Positions 9,749 to 19,627 of a DNA stretch of 58,965 bases are shown one piece after another. Where the stretch lies: NCBI GenBank assembly GCA_038078555.1, contig JBBTYQ010000001.1, positions 1-58,965 on the forward strand, written 5' to 3'. A model generated the notes under the pieces. That model made no database searches and was not told where the DNA came from. It was given only the letters and a program-made list of their open reading frames with translations. Each line of letters opens with the position of its first letter. Position 1 is the stretch's first letter. The position numbers and the translations under genes were made by a program. The DNA comes from Patescibacteria group bacterium (GTDB taxonomy: Bacteria; Patescibacteriota; Minisyncoccia; UBA6257; UBA9933).

Positions 9749-11674
9749 TTATTGAATTACTAATGCATTTCTAAAATCAAATCCGCTATCTTTAAGCGAT
9801 CTCGTTGTTAATGATTCCGCCATATAGATTAATTCTGAATTTGTAAATTCGTCAATTGCTCTTATTTCTGTCTGACCCACCAAAGGCATCTCTCTCCCCG
9901 CTTGAGTAATATTAGGCAAAGCCTCAATTTGAAAAATTGCCTCAGCTGGAATCCGAATGGCGCCTTTAGTTGCCGCAATTTTAGGAATCAGCCAATTAAT
10001 TTCTTGAGTTCTTTCATTGTATGTCGGAACTGTTTCAATGTTGCTCTTTATAATGCCGGTTAAGCGCACTCCGGGCTGCAAATAAGCCTTAACAGAAACA
10101 TCTTTTACATCAGTGGAATAATTTTTAATAATCCAATGAATTGTAAAATTTATTGGCTGATTTATCTTGGGCGGCAAAACACCTTTGTTTGAAACGCCCA
10201 AACTCGAATCATTAAAATAAACCTGAGGTTCAATAATAATCCGGCCGCCGATTTTAGTTTCCAAATTAGTTAATCCGATTGTTTTATCAGCCGCCACATA
10301 ATAAGGCACGGTAGGCGAAGAAATTTCCGCATCAACTTTTAAAATAAAATTTTTATCATTAAGCCTTTTAATAGGATAATCCGGTTTCGTCTTGATTTCT
10401 AAATCAACGCTGCCATACTCGTTAGTCGGCAAAAGCCTTAATTGAGAAACATTGGCCGCGCTCCAACTCAAGGTGCTGTCTCGGGAGTCAAACGACCCAG
10501 TTGTTTTAAGGCTGGAAAAATCAAACATTTCGCCGCTAAGTTTTGCTTTTATCACTACATCGCTTAATCCGACATCGGTATTATTTTTATAAGTTAATTT
10601 ATATTTTAAAATTCCATTGGGATAAGCAACGTAATTAGGCGACTCGTTCAAACTGATTGCCAAAGAAAGAGGCGAAGGCGCAATACTTATACTGGCAGTC
10701 TTTTCGCTGATTAAATAGATATTACTCGAAAAACCAACCTCAATCTGAGCTTTAACTTCAAAAAACGACTGTTCTGGCCCGATAATTTTTCCCTTTAAAT
10801 AAATCTCTCCGCTTTGACTTTTTTTCAATCCGTTTATTGCCAAATTATCAAGATTTTTACCGAAAAAATCAGCAGGTTTTATTTCTTTTATAGAAAAATT
10901 GGGGGGCAGAATAATTTTTAAATTCGCCTCCTCTATATTGATATCTGAAACATTCTCATAGCGGATTTTTGTTTCAAATTCTTCGTTATTCAAAACTTTT
11001 TCCGGAGTTGTTAAATCCAGCTTAATGCCCGGCTCTCGAGCCAAAACTTCCACATTTCTCTTTTTTTCAAAACGCGATTTAAGAACCGAAGAATAAGAAA
11101 AAGAGATGTTAAAATTCCTAACCGCCTCATTAGAACCAAGCGCTATTAGATTAATTTTTTCCTGAAAACCCAAGCCCGCCTCTATGTCGCCTATTTTCTT
11201 GGAAAATGTTCTTTTATCTGCGCCCTGACCGATTATTGCCGTCCCTTCGGGTAAAAAAATGGAAAAATCAGCGTCTTTTAAAATATCTTGAGAGCTATTG
11301 TCAAAATTGATCATCAATTCAAAAGGCACGCCAACCATAACACTTGAAGGTGCTGAAGCAGAAAGAATTACTTCCCGATCCGTGGAAAAATAATCATAAA
11401 GATAAAGTCCGCTTAAAGCGGCTAATCCCAAAACTACAATCAAAAGAATCCAAAATAACCATTTTCCTATTTGACCGATTTTCATAAAAATATTTGGCAT
11501 CTTAGATGAGTTTTCCTTTTTTTCATCGTGCCAAGATTTAACATCTTGCAAAGACTCGTTTGATTTATCTTTGTCAGTTTTTAAATCAGCGCTAATTTCC
11601 GCGCGCTTTTTTAAATCGCTTTCTTCGGGACTTTTCTGATTATAAAGTTTTTTCTCTAAATCTTCTAATGCCAT
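9749..11674 (-). CDS. Membrane-anchored hypothetical protein with repeated beta-sandwich-like segments
   Basis: Long ORF with a single TM (WLFWILLIVVLGLAALSGLYLY) followed by about 550 aa of beta-rich repeats. I recognise no catalytic motif. The track start at 11704 is TTG and the first ATG is at 11674. Confidence 0.6.
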   Translation of the reverse strand: MALEDLEKKLYNQKSPEESDLKKRAEISADLKTDKDKSNESLQDVKSWHDEKKENSSKMPNIFMKIGQIGKWLFWILLIVVLGLAALSGLYLYDYFSTDREVILSASAPSSVMVGVPFELMINFDNSSQDILKDADFSIFLPEGTAIIGQGADKRTFSKKIGDIEAGLGFQEKINLIALGSNEAVRNFNISFSYSSVLKSRFEKKRNVEVLAREPGIKLDLTTPEKVLNNEEFETKIRYENVSDINIEEANLKIILPPNFSIKEIKPADFFGKNLDNLAINGLKKSQSGEIYLKGKIIGPEQSFFEVKAQIEVGFSSNIYLISEKTASISIAPSPLSLAISLNESPNYVAYPNGILKYKLTYKNNTDVGLSDVVIKAKLSGEMFDFSSLKTTGSFDSRDSTLSWSAANVSQLRLLPTNEYGSVDLEIKTKPDYPIKRLNDKNFILKVDAEISSPTVPYYVAADKTIGLTNLETKIGGRIIIEPQVYFNDSSLGVSNKGVLPPKINQPINFTIHWIIKNYSTDVKDVSVKAYLQPGVRLTGIIKSNIETVPTYNERTQEINWLIPKIAATKGAIRIPAEAIFQIEALPNITQAGREMPLVGQTEIRAIDEFTNSELIYMAESLTTRSLKDSGFDFRNALVIQ

Positions 11675-11752
11675 TAATGATTGAAAGTAGCGAAAATTCG
11701 TCAAACAATAAAATATTCCGTTATTTGCAGAAATAAACGCTGGTAATTATTA

Positions 11753-12304
11753 TTATATCAATATTAGCTCATCTCCTTTATTTTTCCAAACCGCCCGACC
11801 GCATTGACCGCACAAAAAAACTTGATTTTCAACGGAAAAAAACTCAATTTCTTTTTTGTAACAAGAAACACACATTGCAAATTGCGGATCAAAACCCAAA
11901 ATTTTAAGCAAAGCCCGGTAAATTATTTTTTCATCAAGCTCTGGGTCCATGATCCGCCGGATTATTAACCAAAGCCGGTAATCGGCCTGAAGGTCAAAAG
12001 TCATTTTTTTAATAAATCTTAAAATAGATAAAAATCTTATTAATAATTCCGGAGAACTGCGCAAGTTATTTTGGCGGTCAATTGTTAAAGCGTCAACTAT
12101 CTGAAAACCGTTCTTTTCTATAAGCCTTACACTGGAAAAATTAAGCGGCTCAAGATGAGCGGAAAGTTTAGAAATAGGCTTCCTTAAACTCTTAGCCTTG
12201 GCCGTAATTCTTCCCAGGTCTTTTGTATATAAAACTAATGTTGCATCATAATCAGCCAAATCCGACTTATCTATTACCAGGGCTTCGGTAAAATATTCGG
12301 TCAT
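11753..12304 (-). CDS. recO: DNA repair protein RecO
   Basis: TEALVIDKSDLADYDATLVLYTKDLGRITAKAKSLRKPISKLSAHLEPLN plus a C-terminal CxxC...CxxC zinc motif. The ATG is at 12304; the track extension to 12322 is unlikely. Confidence 0.8.
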   Translation of the reverse strand: MTEYFTEALVIDKSDLADYDATLVLYTKDLGRITAKAKSLRKPISKLSAHLEPLNFSSVRLIEKNGFQIVDALTIDRQNNLRSSPELLIRFLSILRFIKKMTFDLQADYRLWLIIRRIMDPELDEKIIYRALLKILGFDPQFAMCVSCYKKEIEFFSVENQVFLCGQCGRAVWKNKGDELILI

Positions 12305-12386
12305 TTGATAACAATACCACAAAATAAAAATGAACGCTTTAATCTCTTAGTTTCATAATTTTTATTTAAAAAAGTCAATTCTTAAC

Positions 12387-12408
12387 TAATCCGCCAATTG
12401 GCGGATTA
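12387..12408. promoter_or_regulatory. Perfect 22-nt palindrome TAATCCGCCAATTGGCGGATTA in the recO / 3D-domain divergent intergenic region
   Basis: Read directly. The reverse complement of the first 11 nt equals the last 11 nt. It could be an operator or a hairpin. Confidence 0.4.
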
Positions 12409-12514
12409 AGCGTATTTAAAAAAATCACCTACTCCTGCTTTTAAAATAGATTTTATTTCTATTTTTCTAAAATTTCTGCTCTATCTGCCTATATAGCCCA
12501 AACAGCCTCGTCTC

Positions 12515-12542
12515 TTGACAAGAGACTGCCATAACCTATACT
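12515..12542 (+). promoter_or_regulatory. Sigma-70-like promoter (TTGACA - 16 nt - TATACT)
   Basis: TTGACA at 12515-12520 and TATACT at 12537-12542, upstream of the 3D-domain gene. Confidence 0.45.
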
Positions 12543-12553
12543 TAAATAATATA

Positions 12554-12574
12554 GCCCCTAACAGGGGGTTTTTT
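12554..12574 (+). terminator. Leader hairpin CCCCT-AAC-AGGGG followed by T6 (attenuator-like, inside the 5' leader of the 3D-domain gene)
   Basis: GCCCCTAACAGGGGGTTTTTT lies between the predicted promoter and the ATG at 12618. Confidence 0.4.
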
Positions 12575-12617
12575 ATTGGAAAAGCAAGCCTTTTAAAAAT
12601 AGGCACATATAAAATAT

Positions 12618-13115
12618 ATGAGTAAATACAACAAATATTTCGCTTTATTGCTCGTTTTCCTAAATGCCAACACTATTCAGGCATCAATTAACCAGAGCCA
12701 AAAAGAAGTATCTCTTGTTTCTCCTTATAGCTACCAAAACAACTACAACTATCAGTCTTCGGGAGACGCTTTTTTAGCTCAAAATCGCATTATTATCCAA
12801 ACTAATCAAGAAAACAGGCTTATCAAGCCTAAAGTTTTTAAAGCTTGGGTTACTGCTTACTCCAGCGTTCCGGAACAAACCGATGACACGCCTCATATTA
12901 CCGCTTCGGGCAATTATGTCAGAGACGGGGTCGTAGCGACTAATTTTTTGCCTTTTGGAACAAAATTCAGACTACCGGACGAATTCGGCGACCAAGTTTT
13001 TACGGTTGAAGATCGAATGCATCCAAGATTTCAAGACAGAATAGATATTTGGTTTGCCGACAAATATGACGCTAAAAAATTTGGCAAAAAATGGAGTTTA
13101 ATAGAAATGCTTTAA
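12618..13115 (+). CDS. Secreted 3D (Asp-Asp-Asp) domain protein, cell-wall associated
   Basis: Signal peptide, then KAWVTAYSSVPEQTDDTPHITASGNYVRDGVVATNFLPFGTKFRLPD...TVEDRMHPRFQDRIDIWF, a typical 3D-domain signature. Confidence 0.8.
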   Translation: MSKYNKYFALLLVFLNANTIQASINQSQKEVSLVSPYSYQNNYNYQSSGDAFLAQNRIIIQTNQENRLIKPKVFKAWVTAYSSVPEQTDDTPHITASGNYVRDGVVATNFLPFGTKFRLPDEFGDQVFTVEDRMHPRFQDRIDIWFADKYDAKKFGKKWSLIEML

Positions 13116-13153
13116 AAAAATCCCCCCCCCGCAATGCGGGGGGGGGATTTTTT
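13114..13153. terminator. Bidirectional intrinsic terminator A7-C9-GCAATGC-G9-T6
   Basis: It lies between convergent genes (12618-13115 plus strand, 13177-13806 minus strand). The stem is 11 bp, G:C-rich, and flanked by A and T runs. Confidence 0.85.
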
Positions 13154-13176
13154 AGTATCTCTTTTTTAAAAATACC

Positions 13177-13806
13177 TCACTTAATATTCAACTCAACACC
13201 TGAAACACCAGTCAAAATATCTCTGCCCATATAAGCAACATTGGAATCAACGCTTGATCCTGATTTAAAAGAAATGTCTATTTTAACATTACCCTTTTTA
13301 ATAGCCTTAAAAATTAAGGTTGCCACTGACCCTTTGCCGGAAACTTCTTCCGAAGGATTAGCCAGGGCAGAAAAAATTATCGAACCTACCAGATTATTGA
13401 CTCTTAAATAAGGAAAAATATTAAAAAACGAAGCAGTTGTGTCAAGGTAATTTTTTGGCTCAAGAACTTCGTCTTTAATTTGCTTTTTAGTTTTTACCGC
13501 AGAACTAACCGGCTGAATTTCCAAAAATTCCGGATCATAATTTAAAATCACGTCAGTTCCGACGTTTTTTTCCGACAAACTATCAAGTAAAACAGTCACT
13601 TTCACCAATTCATTAAGATTAATGCTGGCTTTATCCGCGCTAAGACTCAAATAAACCGGTTTAATTTCTTTTTTCATTATTACCGGTTCGGCAATTTCAT
13701 ATTTTTTGAAAGAATATACAATAAGCCCGGCCGCTGCAATGCCAAAAAGCGCCACTATTCCCAGATAACGCCAATTAGTCGGCTCATTTGTTATTTTAAA
13801 CATCAT
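13177..13806 (-). CDS. Membrane-anchored cohesin-domain protein
   Basis: N-terminal TM, then VKVTVLLDSLSEKNVGTDVILNYDPEFLEI ... GSIIFSALANPSEEVSGKGSVATLIFKAIKKGNVKIDISF, matching the type I cohesin fold pattern. Confidence 0.6.
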   Translation of the reverse strand: MMFKITNEPTNWRYLGIVALFGIAAAGLIVYSFKKYEIAEPVIMKKEIKPVYLSLSADKASINLNELVKVTVLLDSLSEKNVGTDVILNYDPEFLEIQPVSSAVKTKKQIKDEVLEPKNYLDTTASFFNIFPYLRVNNLVGSIIFSALANPSEEVSGKGSVATLIFKAIKKGNVKIDISFKSGSSVDSNVAYMGRDILTGVSGVELNIK

Positions 13807-13860
13807 TTTTATTTAGAATTATATAACGACCTTTTTGATCTATTCTCATTATAATAAATT

Positions 13861-14688
13861 TTACGCATCAGACAAGGCAAAATCTAAAATAGCCTCCTCA
13901 TAATCAAGCTTGCCCGACTTTACGCTTGCGTCATAATCGGCAAATTTTTTAATTAATGGCAGATTTTTTTTTGCCCGGCTGACCAAAAAATTAAATATCT
14001 TGGCCGAATCTTCTTTTTCCAATAACAATTCCAAGCTAATTATTTTATGCTTCAAAGGCTGATGTTGCCCCAAAAAAACATTAATATAGCTGAAAAAATC
14101 TTCAAAAACGAGCGCTTGATAATAATCAGCGGTTTCTTTGATTTTTTGCAAGTCAAATTTTTTTAAATCAAACAGAGAAAGCCTCTCTAAATCGTTTATC
14201 AAAGCCCAGCTATTTCCGCTAAAAATCTCGGCTAAAAACTCCACTGCTTGAGGCGCCAAAACTAAGCCTCTTACTTCGGACTCTTTTTTTATAAAAAACT
14301 CGAACTGATTATGGCTCATATTTTTAAATTCCTGAAATAAAACCGGCTGTTTCAATAAAAACTCCCAATCTTTTAATGGAACCTTTTCTTCAGAAATAAC
14401 TATTGTTAAATTCTCGTCATTAAGGCGCGGTTTTAAAAATTTCAAAAACTCCTTAAGGCCGTCAGAATCAAAACCGGAAAAGATATTTTCCATAACTGCC
14501 AATTTAGCGTTTTCAAAAATTGAAGAGCTGATGGCAAATTCTTTAAACCGCTCAAACTCTTCCAAGGCGCTTCCTTCTCCAAAATCAAAATACTTCCACG
14601 TTAAGTGGTTTTTTTTATATTTTTCTAAAATTTCTTTGCCTTTTTTTCGACGCCTGTAAGAGTCAGGGCCGTATAAAAAAATTATCAT
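13861..14688 (-). CDS. holA: Probable DNA polymerase III delta subunit (HolA-like)
   Basis: The N-terminal MIIFLYGPDSYRRRKKGKEILEKY resembles the HolA start, and the protein is an alpha-helical 275 aa. This is a weak motif-level call. Confidence 0.45.
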   Translation of the reverse strand: MIIFLYGPDSYRRRKKGKEILEKYKKNHLTWKYFDFGEGSALEEFERFKEFAISSSIFENAKLAVMENIFSGFDSDGLKEFLKFLKPRLNDENLTIVISEEKVPLKDWEFLLKQPVLFQEFKNMSHNQFEFFIKKESEVRGLVLAPQAVEFLAEIFSGNSWALINDLERLSLFDLKKFDLQKIKETADYYQALVFEDFFSYINVFLGQHQPLKHKIISLELLLEKEDSAKIFNFLVSRAKKNLPLIKKFADYDASVKSGKLDYEEAILDFALSDA

Positions 14689-14697
14689 TTTAATAAA

Positions 14698-16353
14698 TTA
14701 TCTATTTTTTATCGCTGCCCGGATAAATTCCTTAAACAATGGGTGGGGATTGAGCGGATTTGATTTAAATTCCGGATGAAATTGGCTCGCTACAAAAAAA
14801 GGATGCTTTGAAATGGGAAGCTCTATAATTTCCATTAAACGATTGTCAGGCGAAAATCCGGAAAAAATCAAACCTTTTTTCTCCAAAATAGAAACATATC
14901 TAGGATTAACCTCATAACGATGGCGATGCCGCTCGGAAATTAAAGGTTGTTTATAAGCTGATATGGCAATTGTCCCTTCTTTTAGCGCCGCCGGATAAGA
15001 TCCCAATCTCATAGAGCCGCCATAATTTTTTTCCAACATATTTTTCTTTTGTTCCGGCAAAATATCAATTACAGGATAAGTTGTTTTGGGATTTACTTCC
15101 GTAGTATTGGCATTTTTTAATCCGGCTTTTGACCTGCTATATTCAACTACCGCCAATTGCATGCCATAGCACAAACCCAAAAAAGGAATCTTATGCTCCC
15201 GGCAATATTTGATAACAGCAATTTTACCCTCTACGCCTCTAGAACCGAATCCGCCCGGCACAATAATACCGTGATAATCTTTAAGTTTTTTTAAATTCTT
15301 GGCGTTTTGGCCAGAATTTATTAATGGGTCAAATTCTTCAGAATTGAGCCAATGGATAACTGGTTTTTTATTAAAAGAGTAAACAGCATGCTTTATTGCC
15401 TCAATTACGGAAATATAAGAATCCGACAATATAAATTCACCTGTGCCGAAATATTTTCCAACTACTCCGATTTTAATTGACCCTCTGGCATTCTTGATTG
15501 ATTCTATAAATTTCCGCCAATCGGTTAAATTTCGCTTTTTCGGTTTTAAAAACAATTTTTTTAAAATTATTTCGCTTAAATTATCCCGTTCAAAATTAAT
15601 CGGCACCTCATAAATATTTTCCACATCCGGCGCGGAAATAACGCTTTCCTCGGAAACATTGCAATTAAAAGCGATTTTATTTTTTCTTTTTTTATCCAGC
15701 GGAAATTTAGCGCGGGCAAGAATAATATCCGGTTGAAGACCGGCGGAATTCAAAGTTCTTACTGCATATTGGGTCGGCTTAGTTTTTAATTCTCCGCCTT
15801 CTCCCTGATAAGGCAAGTAGCTTACCAGTGCCAATAAAACATCTTTCGGATTTTTAAGCCTTAACATTCTAATCGCTTCTAAAAATAAAATATTTTGGTA
15901 CTCGCCCACTGTCCCGCCAATCTCAACCATAACAATTTCAGCTTTATTTTTTATAGCCGCCTTATTTAATCTATCCAAAATTTCCAAAGGAATATGGGGC
16001 ACCACTTCCACGCACGATCCGTTATATTCCAAATTGCGCTCTTTATTGATAACCGATTGATAAATACTGCCTGTGGTCATATAATTTGCACTCGTCAGGT
16101 CATAACCTAAAAATCTTTCGTAATTGCCCATATCCTGGTCACATTCTTTTCCGTCATCCAAAACAAAGGTTTCTCCGTGCTCGGTCGGATTCATAGTTCC
16201 GGCATCCACATTTACATAAGGATCAATTTTTATCGCGGTAACTTTAAAGCCTCTTGATTGGATTATTTTTCCCATTGAAGCGCTGGCTATCCCCTTGCCC
16301 ACTCCGGACATTACCCCGCCCACAACAAAAATATATTTTATATTTTGCTTCAT
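14698..16353 (-). CDS. pyrG: CTP synthase
   Basis: KYIFVVGGVMSGVGKGIASASMG...IDPYVNVDAGTMNPTEHGETFVLDDG and a glutaminase domain with GLCYGMQ. Confidence 0.97.
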   Translation of the reverse strand: MKQNIKYIFVVGGVMSGVGKGIASASMGKIIQSRGFKVTAIKIDPYVNVDAGTMNPTEHGETFVLDDGKECDQDMGNYERFLGYDLTSANYMTTGSIYQSVINKERNLEYNGSCVEVVPHIPLEILDRLNKAAIKNKAEIVMVEIGGTVGEYQNILFLEAIRMLRLKNPKDVLLALVSYLPYQGEGGELKTKPTQYAVRTLNSAGLQPDIILARAKFPLDKKRKNKIAFNCNVSEESVISAPDVENIYEVPINFERDNLSEIILKKLFLKPKKRNLTDWRKFIESIKNARGSIKIGVVGKYFGTGEFILSDSYISVIEAIKHAVYSFNKKPVIHWLNSEEFDPLINSGQNAKNLKKLKDYHGIIVPGGFGSRGVEGKIAVIKYCREHKIPFLGLCYGMQLAVVEYSRSKAGLKNANTTEVNPKTTYPVIDILPEQKKNMLEKNYGGSMRLGSYPAALKEGTIAISAYKQPLISERHRHRYEVNPRYVSILEKKGLIFSGFSPDNRLMEIIELPISKHPFFVASQFHPEFKSNPLNPHPLFKEFIRAAIKNR

Positions 16354-16415
16354 AACTTATAATTGATACGCTTTAAATATTTTATAAAAATTCTAAACAA
16401 AAAACCATTCCCCTC

Positions 16416-17291
16416 TTAATTTGATTGGCAAACAGGACAGAAATGAGCTGACCTTGAGCCGATTTTTACTCTTTTTATCAAATTATGGCAGCGAAAACAC
16501 GGCTTATTTCCCCTTTGATACACTTTTCTAATCTTATCATAGCCGCCTGCATATCCCTCCGGATCGCGATAGTCCGAAATACTTGTACCTCTAAGACTAA
16601 TCGCTTTTTTCAAAGTCGAGCGGCTGTATTTATATATTTTTTTTAATTCTTCTTCGCTTAATTTTTCCGACATTTTAAAAGGATTGATTTTAGAAAACCA
16701 AAGAATTTCATCGGAATAAATATTTCCAATGCCAGCCAATACTGTCTGATCCATTAAAACAGATTTTATTTTCCCTCTTTTTCTTTTTAAAATTTCCTTA
16801 AATTGGAGAAAGGTTATTTCCAAGGGATCGGGGCCGAGATTTTTCAAATCAGCCAGATTTTCTATTATTTTCTTGTCACCGACCATTAACTTGGCAAACT
16901 TGCGTAAATCAGACAAAGCCAATTGCCATCCATTATCCAAATAAAAAATCGAATGAATATAACTATTTACTTTTTCCGCTAATGAACCCTTAATTAAAGA
17001 TACGACTCTTCCTTTTTCATTTTCTACTTTCCACTTTCCAATTAAAAGATGGCCGGTCAACTTTTGATGAATTAACAAAAGCTTGTTGCCGGTTAAGTTA
17101 ATCAGAATATTTTTCCCTTTTCTATAAACTTTTAAAATTTTTCTGTTTTTTATTTCTTTTTTAAATTGCTCGATATTTTTAGGCAATTTTAAGGATTTTC
17201 GCCAATCAGTCCAAAAATCACGGATTTTTAATCCCGTGATTTTTTTATTTAAATCTTTTGAAATTGTTTCTACTTCAGGCAACTCTGGCAT
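16416..17291 (-). CDS. mutM: Formamidopyrimidine-DNA glycosylase
   Basis: MPELPEVETI N-terminus and a C-terminal zinc finger CFRCHNLIKRVKIGSRSAHFCPVCQ. Confidence 0.9.
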   Translation of the reverse strand: MPELPEVETISKDLNKKITGLKIRDFWTDWRKSLKLPKNIEQFKKEIKNRKILKVYRKGKNILINLTGNKLLLIHQKLTGHLLIGKWKVENEKGRVVSLIKGSLAEKVNSYIHSIFYLDNGWQLALSDLRKFAKLMVGDKKIIENLADLKNLGPDPLEITFLQFKEILKRKRGKIKSVLMDQTVLAGIGNIYSDEILWFSKINPFKMSEKLSEEELKKIYKYSRSTLKKAISLRGTSISDYRDPEGYAGGYDKIRKVYQRGNKPCFRCHNLIKRVKIGSRSAHFCPVCQSN

Positions 17292-17305
17292 AATAATGAG
17301 GCGCC

Positions 17306-18466
17306 TTATTCTTCTCTATGAGCAAATTCTTTGGGTGGAATCAAATTTTGGTCAGTGGGAATAGTAAAATAAAAAGTACTGCCGCGATTAAGTTCTGATT
17401 CTACCGAAATTTCTCCGCCGTGTCTTTTCACGACATTTTTTGCAATATAAAGCCCGAGCCCAGAACCATTTGGCACTGATTTTATGGCATTATCACCTCT
17501 GAAAAACTTACTAAACAATTTATCTATATCATCAGCTGAAATTCCAATACCAGTATCTTTAACGCCTATCTGGATATAAGGCTTATTTTTCAACCGTTCA
17601 ACTGATACAATCACTTCGCCGTTTTTAACATTATATCGGATAGCGTTATCAATTAAATTAAACAAAACCATTCCAAGTTTTTGAGAATCAATCTTCAAAA
17701 TCAATTCCGATTCTTTCGGAGGTTCAAGATATATTTTTATTCCAACGGCAGCGGCAATTTCTTTAACTTCGGCAATTATTCCTTTTACAAAATCAATGAT
17801 ATTGGTATCTTCAAAATTATAGCCATAGCGGCCCTCTTCGATTTTGGAAACATCTAGCAAATCATTTACAATTTTAAGCATCACGGTTGCTGCGCCCAGT
17901 CCATTGCTTGCCATCTCTTTTTGATTATCTGTTAAATTTTCCTTATTTAATGTTTCTAGCGCCCAATTAACCGCAGTAAGCGGCGTGCGCAACTGATGAG
18001 CAGCTACGGAAATAAATTCATTTTTGGATCGCAAAATTTCCATCTCCCTGGTACGGTCAATAATAATTTTTACATAGCCGATTAACAAGCCCTTAGAATC
18101 GATAATTCGGCTGGTTAAACATCGTAATTCAATTCTTGGATCTTCAAAAGAAAAATCACTGACTTGAGGATATGCATTTGGCTCTGACTTTTTTATAACT
18201 AATGGCGCCAGTGAAGGAAAAAACACCTGCGTTATAATTTTAAAACGCGGATCTTTAATATGGCTAGGCGTAATATGTTTAGTTATAATTTCTCCGCTGG
18301 AAATATTAAAAATTTTTTCCGCCGCCGGGTTAAAAATCAAAATCTTAAAATTTGAATCATAAGCGATAATTCCATCGTGCAAAGCGCTGATAATAATTTC
18401 AGCTAATCCTTCCAATCCAAAATCAGCCCTTGGACTGGAAGATTTAAAAAAATTTAGGAAACTCAT
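17306..18466 (-). CDS. Cytoplasmic PAS-domain sensor histidine kinase (no partner response regulator in window)
   Basis: H-box AAHQLRTPLTAV, N-box and G-boxes (DNAIRYN, VKDTGIGI, GSGLGLYI). No TM segments. Confidence 0.85.
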   Translation of the reverse strand: MSFLNFFKSSSPRADFGLEGLAEIIISALHDGIIAYDSNFKILIFNPAAEKIFNISSGEIITKHITPSHIKDPRFKIITQVFFPSLAPLVIKKSEPNAYPQVSDFSFEDPRIELRCLTSRIIDSKGLLIGYVKIIIDRTREMEILRSKNEFISVAAHQLRTPLTAVNWALETLNKENLTDNQKEMASNGLGAATVMLKIVNDLLDVSKIEEGRYGYNFEDTNIIDFVKGIIAEVKEIAAAVGIKIYLEPPKESELILKIDSQKLGMVLFNLIDNAIRYNVKNGEVIVSVERLKNKPYIQIGVKDTGIGISADDIDKLFSKFFRGDNAIKSVPNGSGLGLYIAKNVVKRHGGEISVESELNRGSTFYFTIPTDQNLIPPKEFAHREE

Positions 18467-18532
18467 GCAAGTTCAATTAAAATTCTCCGTTTATTTATCA
18501 TTTATATGCATATTTATGCAATCACTTGTTGA

Positions 18533-19627
18533 TTACATATCCAAGCTGTAAAGCTTTTTGTCGTATCTGTTTATAAAAATCAGCTGATTTCCTGAAAGTT
18601 CCAAATTGTAAACGTCTATGGCTATTTTGGAATTCAAAGGAATTTCGAGGAAGGTGTTGTTTGTGATATCAACTTCATAAATCCGGTCGTCGGAATAAAA
18701 CGCTCGTTTTAAATAGTCATCAGGCAAAAGAGGTTTTTTAATAGTGTTATAGCCCAAAGAAACCGCGCAATAAATTTTAGCAAAATTCACTAAACATTTT
18801 TTCGGAAAAGAAGAAAATTGTAAGTCAGCCTTAACTTTTCCGTTTAATTCAATCAGCTTTAAATCGCTCTCTCCTTCCTGATTAATGCTGTGCATTAATC
18901 CCCAGCTTCCGTCTTTGGCAAAATCAATCAATAATCCCTTGCCATTCGCAAAAATACTTAAAGCTTTATTTTTTATATCAATTGACCAAATTTCATTATC
19001 ATAAGAAGCCGATGATTTTGGAATAAGGAGAACTTTATCCGAAGTAATCCATTTTAAATCAAAACCATATTGATTAAAAGATAAAACTTTTGTTGTTTTT
19101 TGTTTGGCATCTTTAAGATCTTTAATTATTAAATTACTTATCGCGGTGGCTCCGGTATTTTCCAGATAAGCGACTTTTGTTCCGTCAACGGAAAAACCGG
19201 CGGCTAAAGCGTTAATCTCCTGCCAGATTTTTTTCTTAATATCAAAGATTTCTATTTTGTTTGCTTTTACGATAATCTTATTCCCGCTATTATCAGCTTC
19301 TACTGCTTTTAGATTGCTGATTATTCGATCGCTTATTATTTCGTCTTCTACATCGGGCTTAACTTTTAAAATTTGGCCTTGATTATTGATATAAAAAATT
19401 TCGGTTGAAGTCGCATTAGCTGCAAGCCAAAAATCAAAAACTTCCTGATCACTAATGATTTTTAATTTTTTTTCTAATGTAATCTGTTGTTGGTTGTTAG
19501 TTGTAGGTTGTTGGTTAGCAGTCGGCGGTGTTAAAATTTCTTTTGATTTTTTCCAGGCAAAATAAACACCGAAAGAAATAGCGGAGATAAAAATAATAGC
19601 TGTTATTATAATAATTATTTTTTTCAT
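18533..19627 (-). CDS. Membrane-anchored hypothetical protein, last gene of the T4SS-like operon
   Basis: N-terminal TM (IIIIITAIIFISAISFGVYFAW), then a beta-rich ectodomain. The start overlaps the upstream stop (ATGA at 19624-19627). Confidence 0.6.
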   Translation of the reverse strand: MKKIIIIITAIIFISAISFGVYFAWKKSKEILTPPTANQQPTTNNQQQITLEKKLKIISDQEVFDFWLAANATSTEIFYINNQGQILKVKPDVEDEIISDRIISNLKAVEADNSGNKIIVKANKIEIFDIKKKIWQEINALAAGFSVDGTKVAYLENTGATAISNLIIKDLKDAKQKTTKVLSFNQYGFDLKWITSDKVLLIPKSSASYDNEIWSIDIKNKALSIFANGKGLLIDFAKDGSWGLMHSINQEGESDLKLIELNGKVKADLQFSSFPKKCLVNFAKIYCAVSLGYNTIKKPLLPDDYLKRAFYSDDRIYEVDITNNTFLEIPLNSKIAIDVYNLELSGNQLIFINRYDKKLYSLDM

